DNA from: an uncultured bacterium
GTDB taxonomy: Bacteria > Actinomycetota > Actinomycetes > Mycobacteriales > CAJCIY01
Direction: 5' to 3'
Length of the DNA stretch: 64,000 nucleotides
Assembly: GCA_964245825.1 (NCBI GenBank)
Contig: CAXTNT010000002.1
Span: forward strand, 223,728-287,727
Part shown: positions 1 through 9,496 of the stretch, piece after piece
Numbering within the stretch: the first letter of the stretch is position 1
Layout: the number at the start of each line of letters is the position of its first letter
Notes under the pieces: model-generated
What the model was told of the DNA's origin: nothing
What the model saw: the letters and a program-made list of their open reading frames with translations, nothing else
Database searches by the model: none
Position numbers and translations under genes: made by a program

Positions 1-107
1 TCCGGGTGCATACACATCGGATCGCGGACGGTGCACAGGGTCGAACGGTTCGTCCGGGTGCATACACATCGGATCGCGGACGGTGCACAGGGTCGAACGG
101 TTCGTCC
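1..107. repeat. Perfect tandem direct repeat of a 52-bp unit (tccgggtgcatacacatcggatcgcggacggtgcacagggtcgaacggttcg), two copies plus a 3-nt partial third. It lies at the window edge upstream of the pirin gene.
   Basis: Read directly: positions 1-52 and 53-104 are identical and 105-107 restart the unit. The window begins inside the array, so more copies may lie upstream. Confidence 0.9.
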
Positions 108-269
108 TTGTGCGCGGGGGCGACCCGGCGACACGGGAGCACCCTCGACAGAGGGTCACGATGAGGCCGGTGCGAGATAACTGATTGAACTCGCAACCAA
201 ATCCCGGAACGACTCCCCGGAGCCTGGTGTTATGCCCGGCAGACAAGCCGTCCATCGAAGGAGCACCCG

Positions 270-1253
270 ATGCCCGCAGTGACCGCCGACACGCTCGCCC
301 TGCCTCGCCTGTCCAGCCCTGGCCTGGGCGACGTGGAGCGGCCCGTCCGCCGCGTCACCCACGCGCCGCTGGGCCACGAGGGCGAGGGCTTCCCGGTCCG
401 GCGCGCGTTCGCGGGCGTTCCGCAGAGCGAACTCGACCCGTTCGTGCACATGGACCAGATGGGGGAGATCGAGTACGCGGCCGGCGAGCCGAAGGGCACC
501 CCCTGGCACCCACACCGCGGCTTCGAGACGGTCACCTACATCATCGACGGCGAGTTCCTGCACCAGGACTCGCACGGGGGCGGCGGCACGATCAAGGACG
601 GCGCCACCCAGTGGATGACGGCCGGCGCCGGCATCCTGCACATCGAGACCCCGCCGGCCGCGCTCGTCGAGAGCGGAGGCCTGTTCCACGGGATCCAGCT
701 GTGGGTCAACCTGCCCGGCAAGGACAAGTTCCTCGCCCCGGCGTACCAGAACCTCGAGGGCCGCGACGTCGCCCTGCTGGCCTCTGATGACGGCGGTGCG
801 CTGGTACGGCTCATCGCCGGTGACCTCGAGGGTCACCGCGGTCCCGGGTCCACCCACACCCCGATCTCGGTCGCGCACGCCACCGTCGCGCCCGGCATGC
901 GCCTGTCGCTGCCGTGGCCCCCTGCCTTCAACGCCCTCGTGTACGTGCTGGCGGGCGCAGGCACGGTCGGCACCGAGGGTCGACCCGTGCAGACCGGCGA
1001 CCTCGCCGTGCTGGGGGCGGGTGACCGCCTGACGCTGCGGGCGGCCACCGCCTCGGACGGCCCGTCGGCGGCGTTCGAGGTGCTGCTCCTGGGTGGCCGG
1101 CCGATCCGCGAGCCGGTGGCGCAGTACGGCCCGTTCGTCATGAACACCCGCGCGGAGTTGGCCCAGGCGGTCGAGGACTTCCAGGCGGGGCGCCTCGGGG
1201 TCATCCCGGACGGCGCGCTGATGCCGCACGTGTACTCGGGCGCTCGCGGCTGA
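270..1253 (+). CDS. Pirin-family bicupin protein (quercetinase/YhhW-like)
   Basis: 327-aa ORF with the pirin N-terminal cupin signature HPHRGFETVTYIIDGEF and a second cupin half (GILHIETPP...). It uses high-GC third positions. Confidence 0.85.
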   Translation: MPAVTADTLALPRLSSPGLGDVERPVRRVTHAPLGHEGEGFPVRRAFAGVPQSELDPFVHMDQMGEIEYAAGEPKGTPWHPHRGFETVTYIIDGEFLHQDSHGGGGTIKDGATQWMTAGAGILHIETPPAALVESGGLFHGIQLWVNLPGKDKFLAPAYQNLEGRDVALLASDDGGALVRLIAGDLEGHRGPGSTHTPISVAHATVAPGMRLSLPWPPAFNALVYVLAGAGTVGTEGRPVQTGDLAVLGAGDRLTLRAATASDGPSAAFEVLLLGGRPIREPVAQYGPFVMNTRAELAQAVEDFQAGRLGVIPDGALMPHVYSGARG

Positions 1254-1418
1254 TCGGCGCCACTCGCCCGCCTGCCGTCCTGGGATCCGGCCCAGCCCCC
1301 GCGGCGAGCAGCGTGCGCCGCGCGGCTGGGTCCCACCGCGGAGCGTCCGGCGCAAGCGGCCGATCGACGCGGCGTGTCGCGGGCAGGAATTGTCGGACCC
1401 TTCCCGCAGGATCGCGTC

Positions 1419-1697
1419 ATGTCCTTGTCATCGGTCGCCACGCCACTCACCCCTTCCTCGCTGCCGCGTCGCGAGCCTGCCGCGCCCGACCACGAGTTGG
1501 AGCGGCTCGAGGACTGGGGCCTGCTGAACACAGTTCTGACCGCACTGACGGCCGAGGAGTTCGAAGCCTGCCCCGGCGCCCTGGTCGTGCATATCGACGG
1601 CCGGACGGAGTGCGTCGAGGCCGAGGGCTGTCCGCCCGACCCGGCCCTGCACGCCGGCATCGTGTCGTGCGCGGACCTGCCCGGCTGCTCCTGCTGA
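1419..1697 (+). CDS. Small hypothetical protein with a Cys-rich C-terminus (6 Cys in the last ~45 aa)
   Basis: Internal ATG of the 1374..1697 ORF. The composition is protein-like (not R/P/G-rich), and the ORF sits in an otherwise empty gap between the pirin and the permease. No recognisable family. Confidence 0.35.
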   Translation: MSLSSVATPLTPSSLPRREPAAPDHELERLEDWGLLNTVLTALTAEEFEACPGALVVHIDGRTECVEAEGCPPDPALHAGIVSCADLPGCSC

Positions 1698-1707
1698 GTG
1701 CCGGAGC

Positions 1708-3171
1708 TCAGGGCAGGGTGATCGACCGGACGTCCGGGAGCACGATGGTCTCCTCGACGTCTCCCTGCCGGGTGGCCACGAAGAACGCCGCGTAGACGAG
1801 CGCCGAGATCAGGAAGCCCACCTCGAAGGCGAGGTCACCGAGGCCCGGGTGATGCCGCGCCACGAACCCGTGGAACTTCGTCTGGTTCGAGAACAGGGTG
1901 ATCGAGATCGCCATCCCGAGCGCCATCGCGACGACGCCGCCGACTGGGTTGTGCCGGCGGTCGAACGGCAGCCCCGAGACGTCCCGGCTCCGCCGCAGGA
2001 ACTGGTCGACCAGCACGACCCCGAGCCACGGCCCGATCCAGTACGCGATGACGAGCAGGAAGTTCTCGTACCGGCCCGGGTCGTTCAGGCTGGTCGCCGC
2101 GAGCACTGTCCCGACCGTGCCGAACGCGACCGCGGCGATCGCCCGGCGTAGCCCCAGCGACAGCGTGAGGCCAAGGGCGAGGAACGACATCGCACCGGAG
2201 TAGACGTTGAGCGCGTTGGCCGCGATGGCGCCGATCGCAATGGCGAGCAGAGTCAGGTCGCCGAGCCAGGTGGCCATCGGCTGGGTGAACAGCGTCGCCG
2301 GGTTGGTGCCGAACCAGCCGCCGATCGGCAGGCTCGGGATCGTCACCGCCGCGGCACCCACGATCTCCAACAGCAGGCAGGACACCAGCACACCGGACCC
2401 GGCGAACAGACCCGTCCGGAAACGGCTCGCCGAGGTCGGCAGATAGCGCGTGTAGTCGGTGGCGTACGGGTTCCAGCCGGCGGCGTAGCCGAACGTGGTG
2501 CCCACCGTGAGCAGGAAGCCGCCGGTGCCGCCATGCTGGTGCACCGAGGTCGGGTGCGCCTTGCTGAAGATCACGATGGCGGCCAGCACGAAGATCACCG
2601 TCAGGACGGGGACCGCGTACCGCTCGAAAGCCTGGATCAGGTTGTGCCCGATGAAGGCCACGAGCAGTTGCACGATCACGACGATGGCCAGCGCCAGCCC
2701 CTTGGCCATATGGGTGAGGCTGGCGAGGGCGAGGGCACCGCTGACGGAGTTCACCGCGAACCAGCCCGCGCCGGCGGTCACGGCGTTCAGCCCCGCCGGC
2801 AGGATGTTGCCGAGCCGGCCGAAGCCGGTCCGCGACAGGATCATCTGCGGCAGCCCGGACCTCGGCCCGCGCGAGGACAGCACGCCCATCGTGAGCGAGC
2901 CCAGCGCGGTGCCCACGACGATCGCCGCGACGGCCTGCAGGAAGGACTGGCCGAAGGCCGCGATCGCCAGCACGCCGACGAAGACCGTCGCGAACTCCAT
3001 GTTCGGCGAGATCCACGTCCACAGCAGGTCCAGCGGACGGCCGTGCCGCTCGTCGAGCGGCACCATCTCGGCGCCGCCGGGCTCGACGGCGAAGACCTTC
3101 CCGCCGTACGTGCCCTCGCGGATCTCGGCCGGGATGGCCTGCGGCTTGCTGCGGGCAGGGGCGGTGGTCAT
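1708..3171 (-). CDS. NCS1-family nucleobase:cation symporter (cytosine/purine permease, CodB-like)
   Basis: A 12-TM-like hydrophobic profile and conserved NCS1 blocks (GWNPYATDYTRY, SGAMSFLALGL). The start is assigned to the internal ATG (MTTAPARSKP...), giving a 487-aa protein. The upstream part of the 542-aa ORF is Arg/Pro-rich junk. Confidence 0.8.
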   Translation of the reverse strand: MTTAPARSKPQAIPAEIREGTYGGKVFAVEPGGAEMVPLDERHGRPLDLLWTWISPNMEFATVFVGVLAIAAFGQSFLQAVAAIVVGTALGSLTMGVLSSRGPRSGLPQMILSRTGFGRLGNILPAGLNAVTAGAGWFAVNSVSGALALASLTHMAKGLALAIVVIVQLLVAFIGHNLIQAFERYAVPVLTVIFVLAAIVIFSKAHPTSVHQHGGTGGFLLTVGTTFGYAAGWNPYATDYTRYLPTSASRFRTGLFAGSGVLVSCLLLEIVGAAAVTIPSLPIGGWFGTNPATLFTQPMATWLGDLTLLAIAIGAIAANALNVYSGAMSFLALGLTLSLGLRRAIAAVAFGTVGTVLAATSLNDPGRYENFLLVIAYWIGPWLGVVLVDQFLRRSRDVSGLPFDRRHNPVGGVVAMALGMAISITLFSNQTKFHGFVARHHPGLGDLAFEVGFLISALVYAAFFVATRQGDVEETIVLPDVRSITLP

Positions 3172-3293
3172 GCACGCTCCACGGGTGCGGGCCGGCCTCC
3201 GGATGGTCCCGGCTGGGCCGAACCGTAGGGGTTCCGTGTGACAACCGTGTTGCGCGCACTGAACCAGGCGGCCAGTGGGTACGGACGTCCTGC

Positions 3294-4004
3294 ATGAGCC
3301 ACTCCCCGCCCCGCGAGCCCGAGGCCACCTGGGCACTGACGCTGCCCGTCGCCGACGAGCCGAGGGCGGTGGTCCTGGTCCTGCACGGGGGCAGGGCGGT
3401 CAGCCACGACCGGTCGAGCGGGCGCCACCTGTCCGCGGCCCGGATGGTCCCGGCCGCGCATGCGCTGCGCCGCGGGACGACGGAGCTGGACGCGGAGGTA
3501 CGACTGCTGCGCTACCGCTACCGGGGCTGGAATCGCACCGAGGCCTCGCCCGTAACCGACGCCCACTGGGCGCTGGCCCAGCTGCGCGAGCAGCGGCCGG
3601 GCCTGCCCATCGTGCTGGTCGGGCACTCGATGGGGGGCCGGGCTGCCCTGCGGGTGGCCGGTGACCCCTCGGTCGTCGGCGTCGTGGCCCTCGCGCCCTG
3701 GTGCGACCGCGGCGACCCGGTGTCCCAGCTCGCCGGCCAGCGGGTGCGGATCCTGCACGGCACCCGGGACCGCTGGACCAGCCCGGCAGCCTCCCAGGCC
3801 TTCGCACACGCCGCGACCGCCGTCGGCGCCGACGTGCGCTGGGTCGCCATGGGCCCGGTCGGGCACTTCATGCTCCGCGGGTACGGCCGGTGGCAGGAGC
3901 TGACCTCGTACCTGGTGCTCGACGCGCTGCTGGCGGCCGGGGTGGACGGCACGCCACAATCGGTACCGCGGCGAACCGGTGCGGCGCGGGCGACGAACGA
4001 CTAA
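3294..4004 (+). CDS. Alpha/beta-hydrolase fold protein (esterase/lipase-like)
   Basis: Nucleophile-elbow motif GHSMGG in a 236-aa ORF with downstream Asp/His candidates (ILHGTRDRW, GHFM). The start is uncertain. Confidence 0.7.
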   Translation: MSHSPPREPEATWALTLPVADEPRAVVLVLHGGRAVSHDRSSGRHLSAARMVPAAHALRRGTTELDAEVRLLRYRYRGWNRTEASPVTDAHWALAQLREQRPGLPIVLVGHSMGGRAALRVAGDPSVVGVVALAPWCDRGDPVSQLAGQRVRILHGTRDRWTSPAASQAFAHAATAVGADVRWVAMGPVGHFMLRGYGRWQELTSYLVLDALLAAGVDGTPQSVPRRTGAARATND

Positions 4005-4036
4005 GCAAGACCTTCCCTGCCGGCGAGAGGACCACC

Positions 4037-5305
4037 GTGAGCACCGACCACCCGCGCCCCACGGTCGCCGTGGTGGGCTCGGGCGTCGCCGGTCTCACCG
4101 CCGCCTGGGCGCTGCACACCAGCCGCGACGTCACGCTCTACGAGGCCGACGACCGGCTCGGCGGCCACGCGCACACCCACGAGCGGACCGGTCCCAGCGG
4201 TCGCACCGTCGCGGTCGACACCGGGTTCATCGTGCACAACCGGCGCACGTACCCGACTCTGCTGCGGCTGTTCGCCGACCTCGGCGTCCAGACCCAGGAG
4301 TCGGAGATGTCGATGTCCGTGCGCTGCGACGGGTGTGGGCTGGAGTACGCCGGGGCCAGGCGGCTGCCGGGACTGTTCGCGCAGGGCGTGCGGTCGCTGC
4401 GACCGCGCTACCTGCGGATGCTGGTCGAGATCAAGCGGTTCCACCGGCAGGCCACCGCGCTGCTCGCGCGGGAGGGCGACGAGATGGAGCTCGGCGAATT
4501 CCTCGACCGGGGCGGCTACTCGCGCTACTTCCGCACCCACTTCATGGTGCCGGTCGTCGCGGCCGTCTGGTCGACCGCGCCGTCGCAGGCGTTGCGGTAC
4601 CCGGCCCGCTACCTGCTCTCGTTCCTGGACAACCACGGGATGCTGACCGTCACCGGGTCGCCAACCTGGCGCACGGTCGTCGGCGGCTCCGGTACGTATG
4701 TGGAGCGCGTCGCCAAGGAGCTCGCGGCGGTCCGCACGTCGGCGCCGGTGACCGCCGTCCGGCGCGGCCTCGACCACGTCGAGATCACCGCCGACGGGCG
4801 CAGCGAGTCCTACGACGCCGTGGTGATCGCGACCCACCCGCACCAGGCGCTCGCGCTGCTGGCAGACCCCACGGCGGCAGAGACCGAGCTGCTCGGCGCG
4901 ATCACGTACACGGTGAACGACACCGTGCTGCACGACGACACCTCGATCCTGCCGACCGCCCCCGGCGCGGCGGCGTCCTGGAACGTCCGGATCGCCGGCT
5001 GCGGCGCGGACGAGGACGCGGTGCTGGTCAGCTACGACATGAACCGGCTGCAGCGCCTCGACACCCCGGACCGGTACGTGGTGAGCCTCAACGCCGACGG
5101 CCGCATCGACGACGCGCGCGTGCTGGCGCGGATGACCTACGAGCACCCGCTCTACACGACCGCCTCGGTCGCGGCGCAGCGTCGGCTGCCCGAGATCACC
5201 ACCGGCCGGACCGCGTTCGCCGGCGCCTACCACGGCTGGGGCTTCCACGAGGACGGCGCCCTTTCGGGGCTACGCGCGGCCGAGTCGCTCGGGGCGACGT
5301 GGTGA
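4037..5305 (+). CDS. NAD(P)/FAD-dependent oxidoreductase (amine-oxidase-like Rossmann flavoprotein) of the cfa/DUF1365 cluster
   Basis: GTG start preceded by a gagagga RBS. It carries the dinucleotide-binding motif VAVVGSGVAGLTAAWAL...LYEADDRLGGHAHTHE and is 422 aa. The 5' part of the 534-aa ORF overlaps the hydrolase in another frame. Confidence 0.8.
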   Translation: MSTDHPRPTVAVVGSGVAGLTAAWALHTSRDVTLYEADDRLGGHAHTHERTGPSGRTVAVDTGFIVHNRRTYPTLLRLFADLGVQTQESEMSMSVRCDGCGLEYAGARRLPGLFAQGVRSLRPRYLRMLVEIKRFHRQATALLAREGDEMELGEFLDRGGYSRYFRTHFMVPVVAAVWSTAPSQALRYPARYLLSFLDNHGMLTVTGSPTWRTVVGGSGTYVERVAKELAAVRTSAPVTAVRRGLDHVEITADGRSESYDAVVIATHPHQALALLADPTAAETELLGAITYTVNDTVLHDDTSILPTAPGAAASWNVRIAGCGADEDAVLVSYDMNRLQRLDTPDRYVVSLNADGRIDDARVLARMTYEHPLYTTASVAAQRRLPEITTGRTAFAGAYHGWGFHEDGALSGLRAAESLGATW

Positions 5306-5346
5306 CCGCCGCCGCTGCCGAGCTACGGCGCGAGCCCGAGCTCTCG

Positions 5347-6078
5347 ATGCCGGTCGCGCCCCGCATCTACGACACGGTCGTGACGCACGTACGGTCGACG
5401 CCGCTGCGCAACGCCTTCTCGTACAAGAGTTCCTCCTGGCTGGTGGATCTGGACGCGCTCCCGGCGCTGCCGCGGCTCGCGCGTCCGTTCGCTCGGTTCG
5501 AGTCCCGCGACCACTTCGACGGCACCGCGCCCTCGATCCGGGCCGGCCTCGACCGGGTCCTCGCCGCCGAGGGCGTCGAGGATGTCGCGCACGTGGTGAT
5601 GCTCGCGAGCCCCCGGTCGCTGGGCTACGTCTTCAACCCGCTCTCGGTGTACTGGTGCCACCGCGCGGACGGCTCGCTCGCGGCCACCGTCGCCGAGGTG
5701 CACAACACCTACGGCGAGCGGCATGCGTACGTGGTGCACCCCGACGAGCGGGGCCGCGCCGACGTCCCCAAGGCCTTCTACGTCTCGCCGTTCAACGACA
5801 CGGCCGGCAGCTACACGATGAGCCTGCCCGAGCCGGGCGCGACGCTGACGCAGTCGGTGACGCTGCACCGCGACGGCGAGACCCCGTTCGTGGCCTCGGT
5901 CCGCGGCGTCGCGCACCCCGCCACCGTGGCGGGTCTGGTCCGCTCGGCCCTCCGCTGTCCCGGCGCCTCTTTCGGCGTCGCGCTCAAGATCCGCCTCCAA
6001 GGCGGTCGACTGTGGTTACGCCGGGTCTCGGTCGTTCCGCGGCCTCCCCGCCCAGATCAGGAAGGCGTCACCCGATGA
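5347..6078 (+). CDS. DUF1365-family protein
   Basis: MPVAPRIYDTVVTHVRSTPLRNAFSYKSSSWLVDLDAL is a typical DUF1365 N-terminus. It shares a 4-nt overlap (ATGA) with the next gene. A GTG at 5302 overlapping the upstream stop is an alternative start. Confidence 0.75.
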   Translation: MPVAPRIYDTVVTHVRSTPLRNAFSYKSSSWLVDLDALPALPRLARPFARFESRDHFDGTAPSIRAGLDRVLAAEGVEDVAHVVMLASPRSLGYVFNPLSVYWCHRADGSLAATVAEVHNTYGERHAYVVHPDERGRADVPKAFYVSPFNDTAGSYTMSLPEPGATLTQSVTLHRDGETPFVASVRGVAHPATVAGLVRSALRCPGASFGVALKIRLQGGRLWLRRVSVVPRPPRPDQEGVTR

Positions 6079-7355
6079 CCGCCACCATCTCTGCGCCCAC
6101 CTACCGCCACGCCGCGGTCGACCCGGCGCTGTGGCCGGACATCGCCCGGGTACCGCGCAAGCCGCTCCGCGCCACGATTGCCAAGGCCCTGCTGACGCGG
6201 GCGGCGGAGCGGCTCGCGCTGCGGTTCCAGTTGCCGGGTGGAGACCTCCGCGGCGGCGGCGACGCGTCGTCCCCGCTGATGATGGTGACCGATCCTGACG
6301 CGGTGTACGCGCGGCTGGGCAACAACGGTCTGGTCGGTTTCGGCGAGGCGTACATGGCCGGGGACTGGGACACCGACGACCTCGCCGGCCTGCTCACCGT
6401 CTTCGCCGGCAGTGTGGCCTCGCTGGTCCCGCCCCGCCTGCAGGGCTTCCGGCGGCTCGCGGTGCTGGCGCAGCCGGCCAGCGAGCGCAACACCACGCAC
6501 AACTCGCGCACCAACATCAGCCGGCACTACGACCTGTCCAACGACATGTTCGAGACGTTCCTCGACGAGACGATGACCTACTCCTCGGCACTGTTCGAGG
6601 CCGGCCCCGACGGCGCGCTGGTCGCTACCGAGGCCGAGCTCGCGGACGCCCAGCGACGCAAGGTCGACCGGTTGCTCGACGGAGTGGGCGTCGGCCCCGG
6701 GACCGAACTGCTGGAGATCGGCACCGGCTGGGGCGAGCTGTCGCTGCGCGCGGCCGAGCGGGGGGCGCGGGTCACCTCGCTCACGCTGTCGAGCGAGCAG
6801 CGCGCGCTGGCGCAGCAGCGCATCGCCGCCGCGGGCCTGTCCGACCGGGTGACCGTCGAGCTGCGCGACTACCGCGCCCAGCAGGGGCAATTCGACGCTG
6901 TGGTCTCCGTCGAGATGATCGAGGCCGTCGGCTACGACTACTGGCCGGTCTACTTCGCCACCCTCGACCGCCTGCTGCGTCCGGGCGGGAGGGTCGGGCT
7001 GCAGGCGATCACGATGCCGCACGAGCGGATGCTGGCCTCACGCAACACCTACACCTGGATCCACAAGTACATCTTCCCGGGCGGAATCATCCCCTCGACC
7101 ACCTCGATCGAGCACAACGTGCGGACCGACACCTCGCTGACGGTCACCGACGCGTTCGCGTTCGGGCCGAGCTACGCCGAGACGCTGCGGCTGTGGCGGG
7201 CGCGCTTCGACGGGCAGGCCGCGCAGGTCGAGGCGCTGGGGTTCGACGAGACCTTCCGCCGGATGTGGGCGTTCTACCTCGCCTACTCGGAGGCCGGCTT
7301 CCGCAGCGGCTACCTCGACGTCTACCAGTACGTGCTGACGAAGGCCGCGGCATGA
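6075..7355 (+). CDS. Cyclopropane-fatty-acyl-phospholipid-synthase-family SAM-dependent methyltransferase (paralog 1)
   Basis: CFAS-family blocks (HYDLSNDMFETFLDETMTYSSALF) and the SAM motif LLEIGTGWGELSL; 426 aa. The start and stop overlap both neighbours. Confidence 0.85.
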   Translation: MTATISAPTYRHAAVDPALWPDIARVPRKPLRATIAKALLTRAAERLALRFQLPGGDLRGGGDASSPLMMVTDPDAVYARLGNNGLVGFGEAYMAGDWDTDDLAGLLTVFAGSVASLVPPRLQGFRRLAVLAQPASERNTTHNSRTNISRHYDLSNDMFETFLDETMTYSSALFEAGPDGALVATEAELADAQRRKVDRLLDGVGVGPGTELLEIGTGWGELSLRAAERGARVTSLTLSSEQRALAQQRIAAAGLSDRVTVELRDYRAQQGQFDAVVSVEMIEAVGYDYWPVYFATLDRLLRPGGRVGLQAITMPHERMLASRNTYTWIHKYIFPGGIIPSTTSIEHNVRTDTSLTVTDAFAFGPSYAETLRLWRARFDGQAAQVEALGFDETFRRMWAFYLAYSEAGFRSGYLDVYQYVLTKAAA

Positions 7356-8659
7356 CCGTCCTGACCTCCGGCCGGCGCGGGGGCGCCGCGCAGCGCCTGG
7401 CTCCCCTGGTGGAGCCGCTCTTCGGTGGTGACCTGCCGATCCGGCTCACCGCGTGGGACGGCTCGTCCGTCGGCCCCGCGGACGGCCCGGCCGTGGTGAT
7501 CCGCTCGCGCCGCGCGCTGCGCCGGCTGCTCTGGCAGCCCGACGAGCTGGGCCTGGCCCAGGCGTACGTGACGGGCGAGCTCGACGTGGAGGGCGACCTG
7601 CTCGAGGGCCTCGCCCGGGTGTGGTCGGCGGCCCGGTCGCGCGGCCTGCACATCCAGCGGCCGCCCGTCCGGGAGCTGGCGAAGGCCGCGCTGACGGCGC
7701 TGTCGTTCGGCGCGGTCGGCCCGCGACCGAAGGCGCCCCGTACGCAGGCGAAGCTGGCCGGCCGGCTGCACTCGCTGCGGCGCGACCGGGCCGCGATCAG
7801 CCACCACTACGACCTGTCGAACGAGTTCTACGCGCTGATCCTCGACCCGCACATGGCGTACTCCTCGGCGTACTGGGTCGACCCCGAGGGCACGGTCGAG
7901 CAGGCGCAGGCGGCGAAGCTCGCGCTGGTCTGCCGCAAGCTCGACCTGCGGCCTGGCATGCGCCTGCTGGACGTCGGCTGCGGCTGGGGCTCGCTCTCGC
8001 TCTACGCCGCCGAGCACTTCGGCGCACGGGTCACCGGCGTGACGCTGTCGGCCGAGCAGAAGGCCTTCGTCGACGCCCGCATCGCCGAGCGGGGGCTGGC
8101 CGACCGAGTCGAGATCCGACTGCAGGACTACCGCGAGATCGACGACGGCCCGTACGACGCGGTCGCCTCGCTGGAGATGGGCGAGCACGTCGGCCAGGAG
8201 AACTACCCCACCTACGCCGGTCAGCTGCACCGGCTGGTGCGCGAGGAGGGGCGGGTGCTGATCCAGCAGATGTCGCGCGGCGACCGCTTCCCCGGCGGCG
8301 GCCCCTTCATCGAGTCCTACATCGCGCCGGACATGCACATGCGGCCGGTCGGCGAGACCGTCGCGTTCATCGAGCGCGCGGGGCTCGAGGTGCGCGACGT
8401 GCATGCGCTGCGCGAGCACTACGTCTGGACGGTACGGGCCTGGCTCGACACCTTCGAGGCCAACCTCGAGCAGGCGGTCGCTCTCGTCGGTGAGGAGGTG
8501 GCCCGGGTGTGGCGGCTCTACCTCGTCGGCGGGCTGCTGACCTTCCGCGAGGGGCGGATGGGCGTCGACCAGATCCTCGCCGTGAAGCCCTCGGCCGCCG
8601 GCACCAGCGGCATGCCCCCGGTCCGCTCGGACTGGCTGACCGACGGGTCCCCGGCGTAG
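7352..8659 (+). CDS. Cyclopropane-fatty-acyl-phospholipid-synthase-family SAM-dependent methyltransferase (paralog 2)
   Basis: HYDLSNEFYALILDPHMAYSSAYW and the SAM motif LLDVGCGWGSLSLYAA; 435 aa. ATGA overlap with paralog 1. Confidence 0.85.
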   Translation: MTVLTSGRRGGAAQRLAPLVEPLFGGDLPIRLTAWDGSSVGPADGPAVVIRSRRALRRLLWQPDELGLAQAYVTGELDVEGDLLEGLARVWSAARSRGLHIQRPPVRELAKAALTALSFGAVGPRPKAPRTQAKLAGRLHSLRRDRAAISHHYDLSNEFYALILDPHMAYSSAYWVDPEGTVEQAQAAKLALVCRKLDLRPGMRLLDVGCGWGSLSLYAAEHFGARVTGVTLSAEQKAFVDARIAERGLADRVEIRLQDYREIDDGPYDAVASLEMGEHVGQENYPTYAGQLHRLVREEGRVLIQQMSRGDRFPGGGPFIESYIAPDMHMRPVGETVAFIERAGLEVRDVHALREHYVWTVRAWLDTFEANLEQAVALVGEEVARVWRLYLVGGLLTFREGRMGVDQILAVKPSAAGTSGMPPVRSDWLTDGSPA

Positions 8660-8662
8660 GAC

Positions 8663-9496
8663 ATGTTCGCCACCGTGCCCTTCCTCGAGGCGCTCGGGTG
8701 GACGCTGCTCGCGTCCTTTCTGCTGCTGTCCGCCACCTTCGTGATCTCGCTGCTGCAGAAGCGCAACAGCGTCGTCGACGTCGCCTGGGGCCTGGCCTTC
8801 GTCGCCGTCGCCGTCGTCGCGACGGCGCTCTCGGCGGGTCACGGGGACGATGCGCGGCGCTTCCTGGTTCTGGGCATGGTGGTCGTCTGGGGCGGCCGGC
8901 TGGCCGCGTTCATCGGCTGGCGCAACCGCGGCAAGGGCGAGGATCCCCGGTACGCGGAGATGCTCGCCAAGGGTGGTGGGCACCCGATGGTGACGGCGTA
9001 CCTGAAGGTGTTCGCCCTGCAGTCGGTCATCGCCTGGTTCGTGGCGATGCCGGTGGTGGTCTCCGCGTTCAACCGTGGCGGGCTGACCTTCGTGGCATGG
9101 ATCGGGGTGGTGGTCTGGGCGGTCGGCGTCTTCTTCGAGGCGACGGGTGACCAGCAGCTGCTGCGGTTCAAGGCCGACCCGGCGCACAAGGGCAAGACCA
9201 TGGACCGGGGCCTCTGGCGCTACACCCGGCACCCGAACTACTTCGGGGACGCCTGCGTGTGGACCGGCATCTTCCTGGTCGCCGCCGAGCACCTGCCGGG
9301 GGTCGCGACGATCCTCTCGCCGGTGGCGATGGTGCTGCTGCTGACCAAGGGCAGCGGCAAGCCGATCACCGAGCGCAAGATGGCCACGGAGAAACCCGAC
9401 TTCGCCGATTACGTCGCACGGACCAGCGGCTTCTTCCCGCTGCCGCCGAAGAAGCACGTCACCGAAGCCGACCGCGAGGCCGTGCGGTCCGGGTGA
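8663..9496 (+). CDS. DUF1295-family membrane protein (steroid-5-alpha-reductase/ICMT-like fold)
   Basis: A multi-TM 277-aa ORF with the conserved C-terminal block RHPNYFGD typical of DUF1295/ICMT-like methyltransferase-reductase folds. Confidence 0.75.
   Translation: MFATVPFLEALGWTLLASFLLLSATFVISLLQKRNSVVDVAWGLAFVAVAVVATALSAGHGDDARRFLVLGMVVVWGGRLAAFIGWRNRGKGEDPRYAEMLAKGGGHPMVTAYLKVFALQSVIAWFVAMPVVVSAFNRGGLTFVAWIGVVVWAVGVFFEATGDQQLLRFKADPAHKGKTMDRGLWRYTRHPNYFGDACVWTGIFLVAAEHLPGVATILSPVAMVLLLTKGSGKPITERKMATEKPDFADYVARTSGFFPLPPKKHVTEADREAVRSG

Noticed and set aside
156-3336. Long ORFs antisense or out of frame to the pirin and permease genes (156..1355 -, 833..1660 -, 1835..3328 -, 2495..3241 +, etc.)
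   Set aside because: Their products are Arg/Pro/Gly-rich and lack any domain signature. They overlap genes that have clear family motifs. These are typical high-GC frame artefacts.
3979-6078. A 699-aa ORF spanning the FAD oxidoreductase and DUF1365 genes
   Set aside because: Only the last ~245 aa (the DUF1365 protein) are protein-like. The upstream part is an alternate frame of the FAD oxidoreductase gene.
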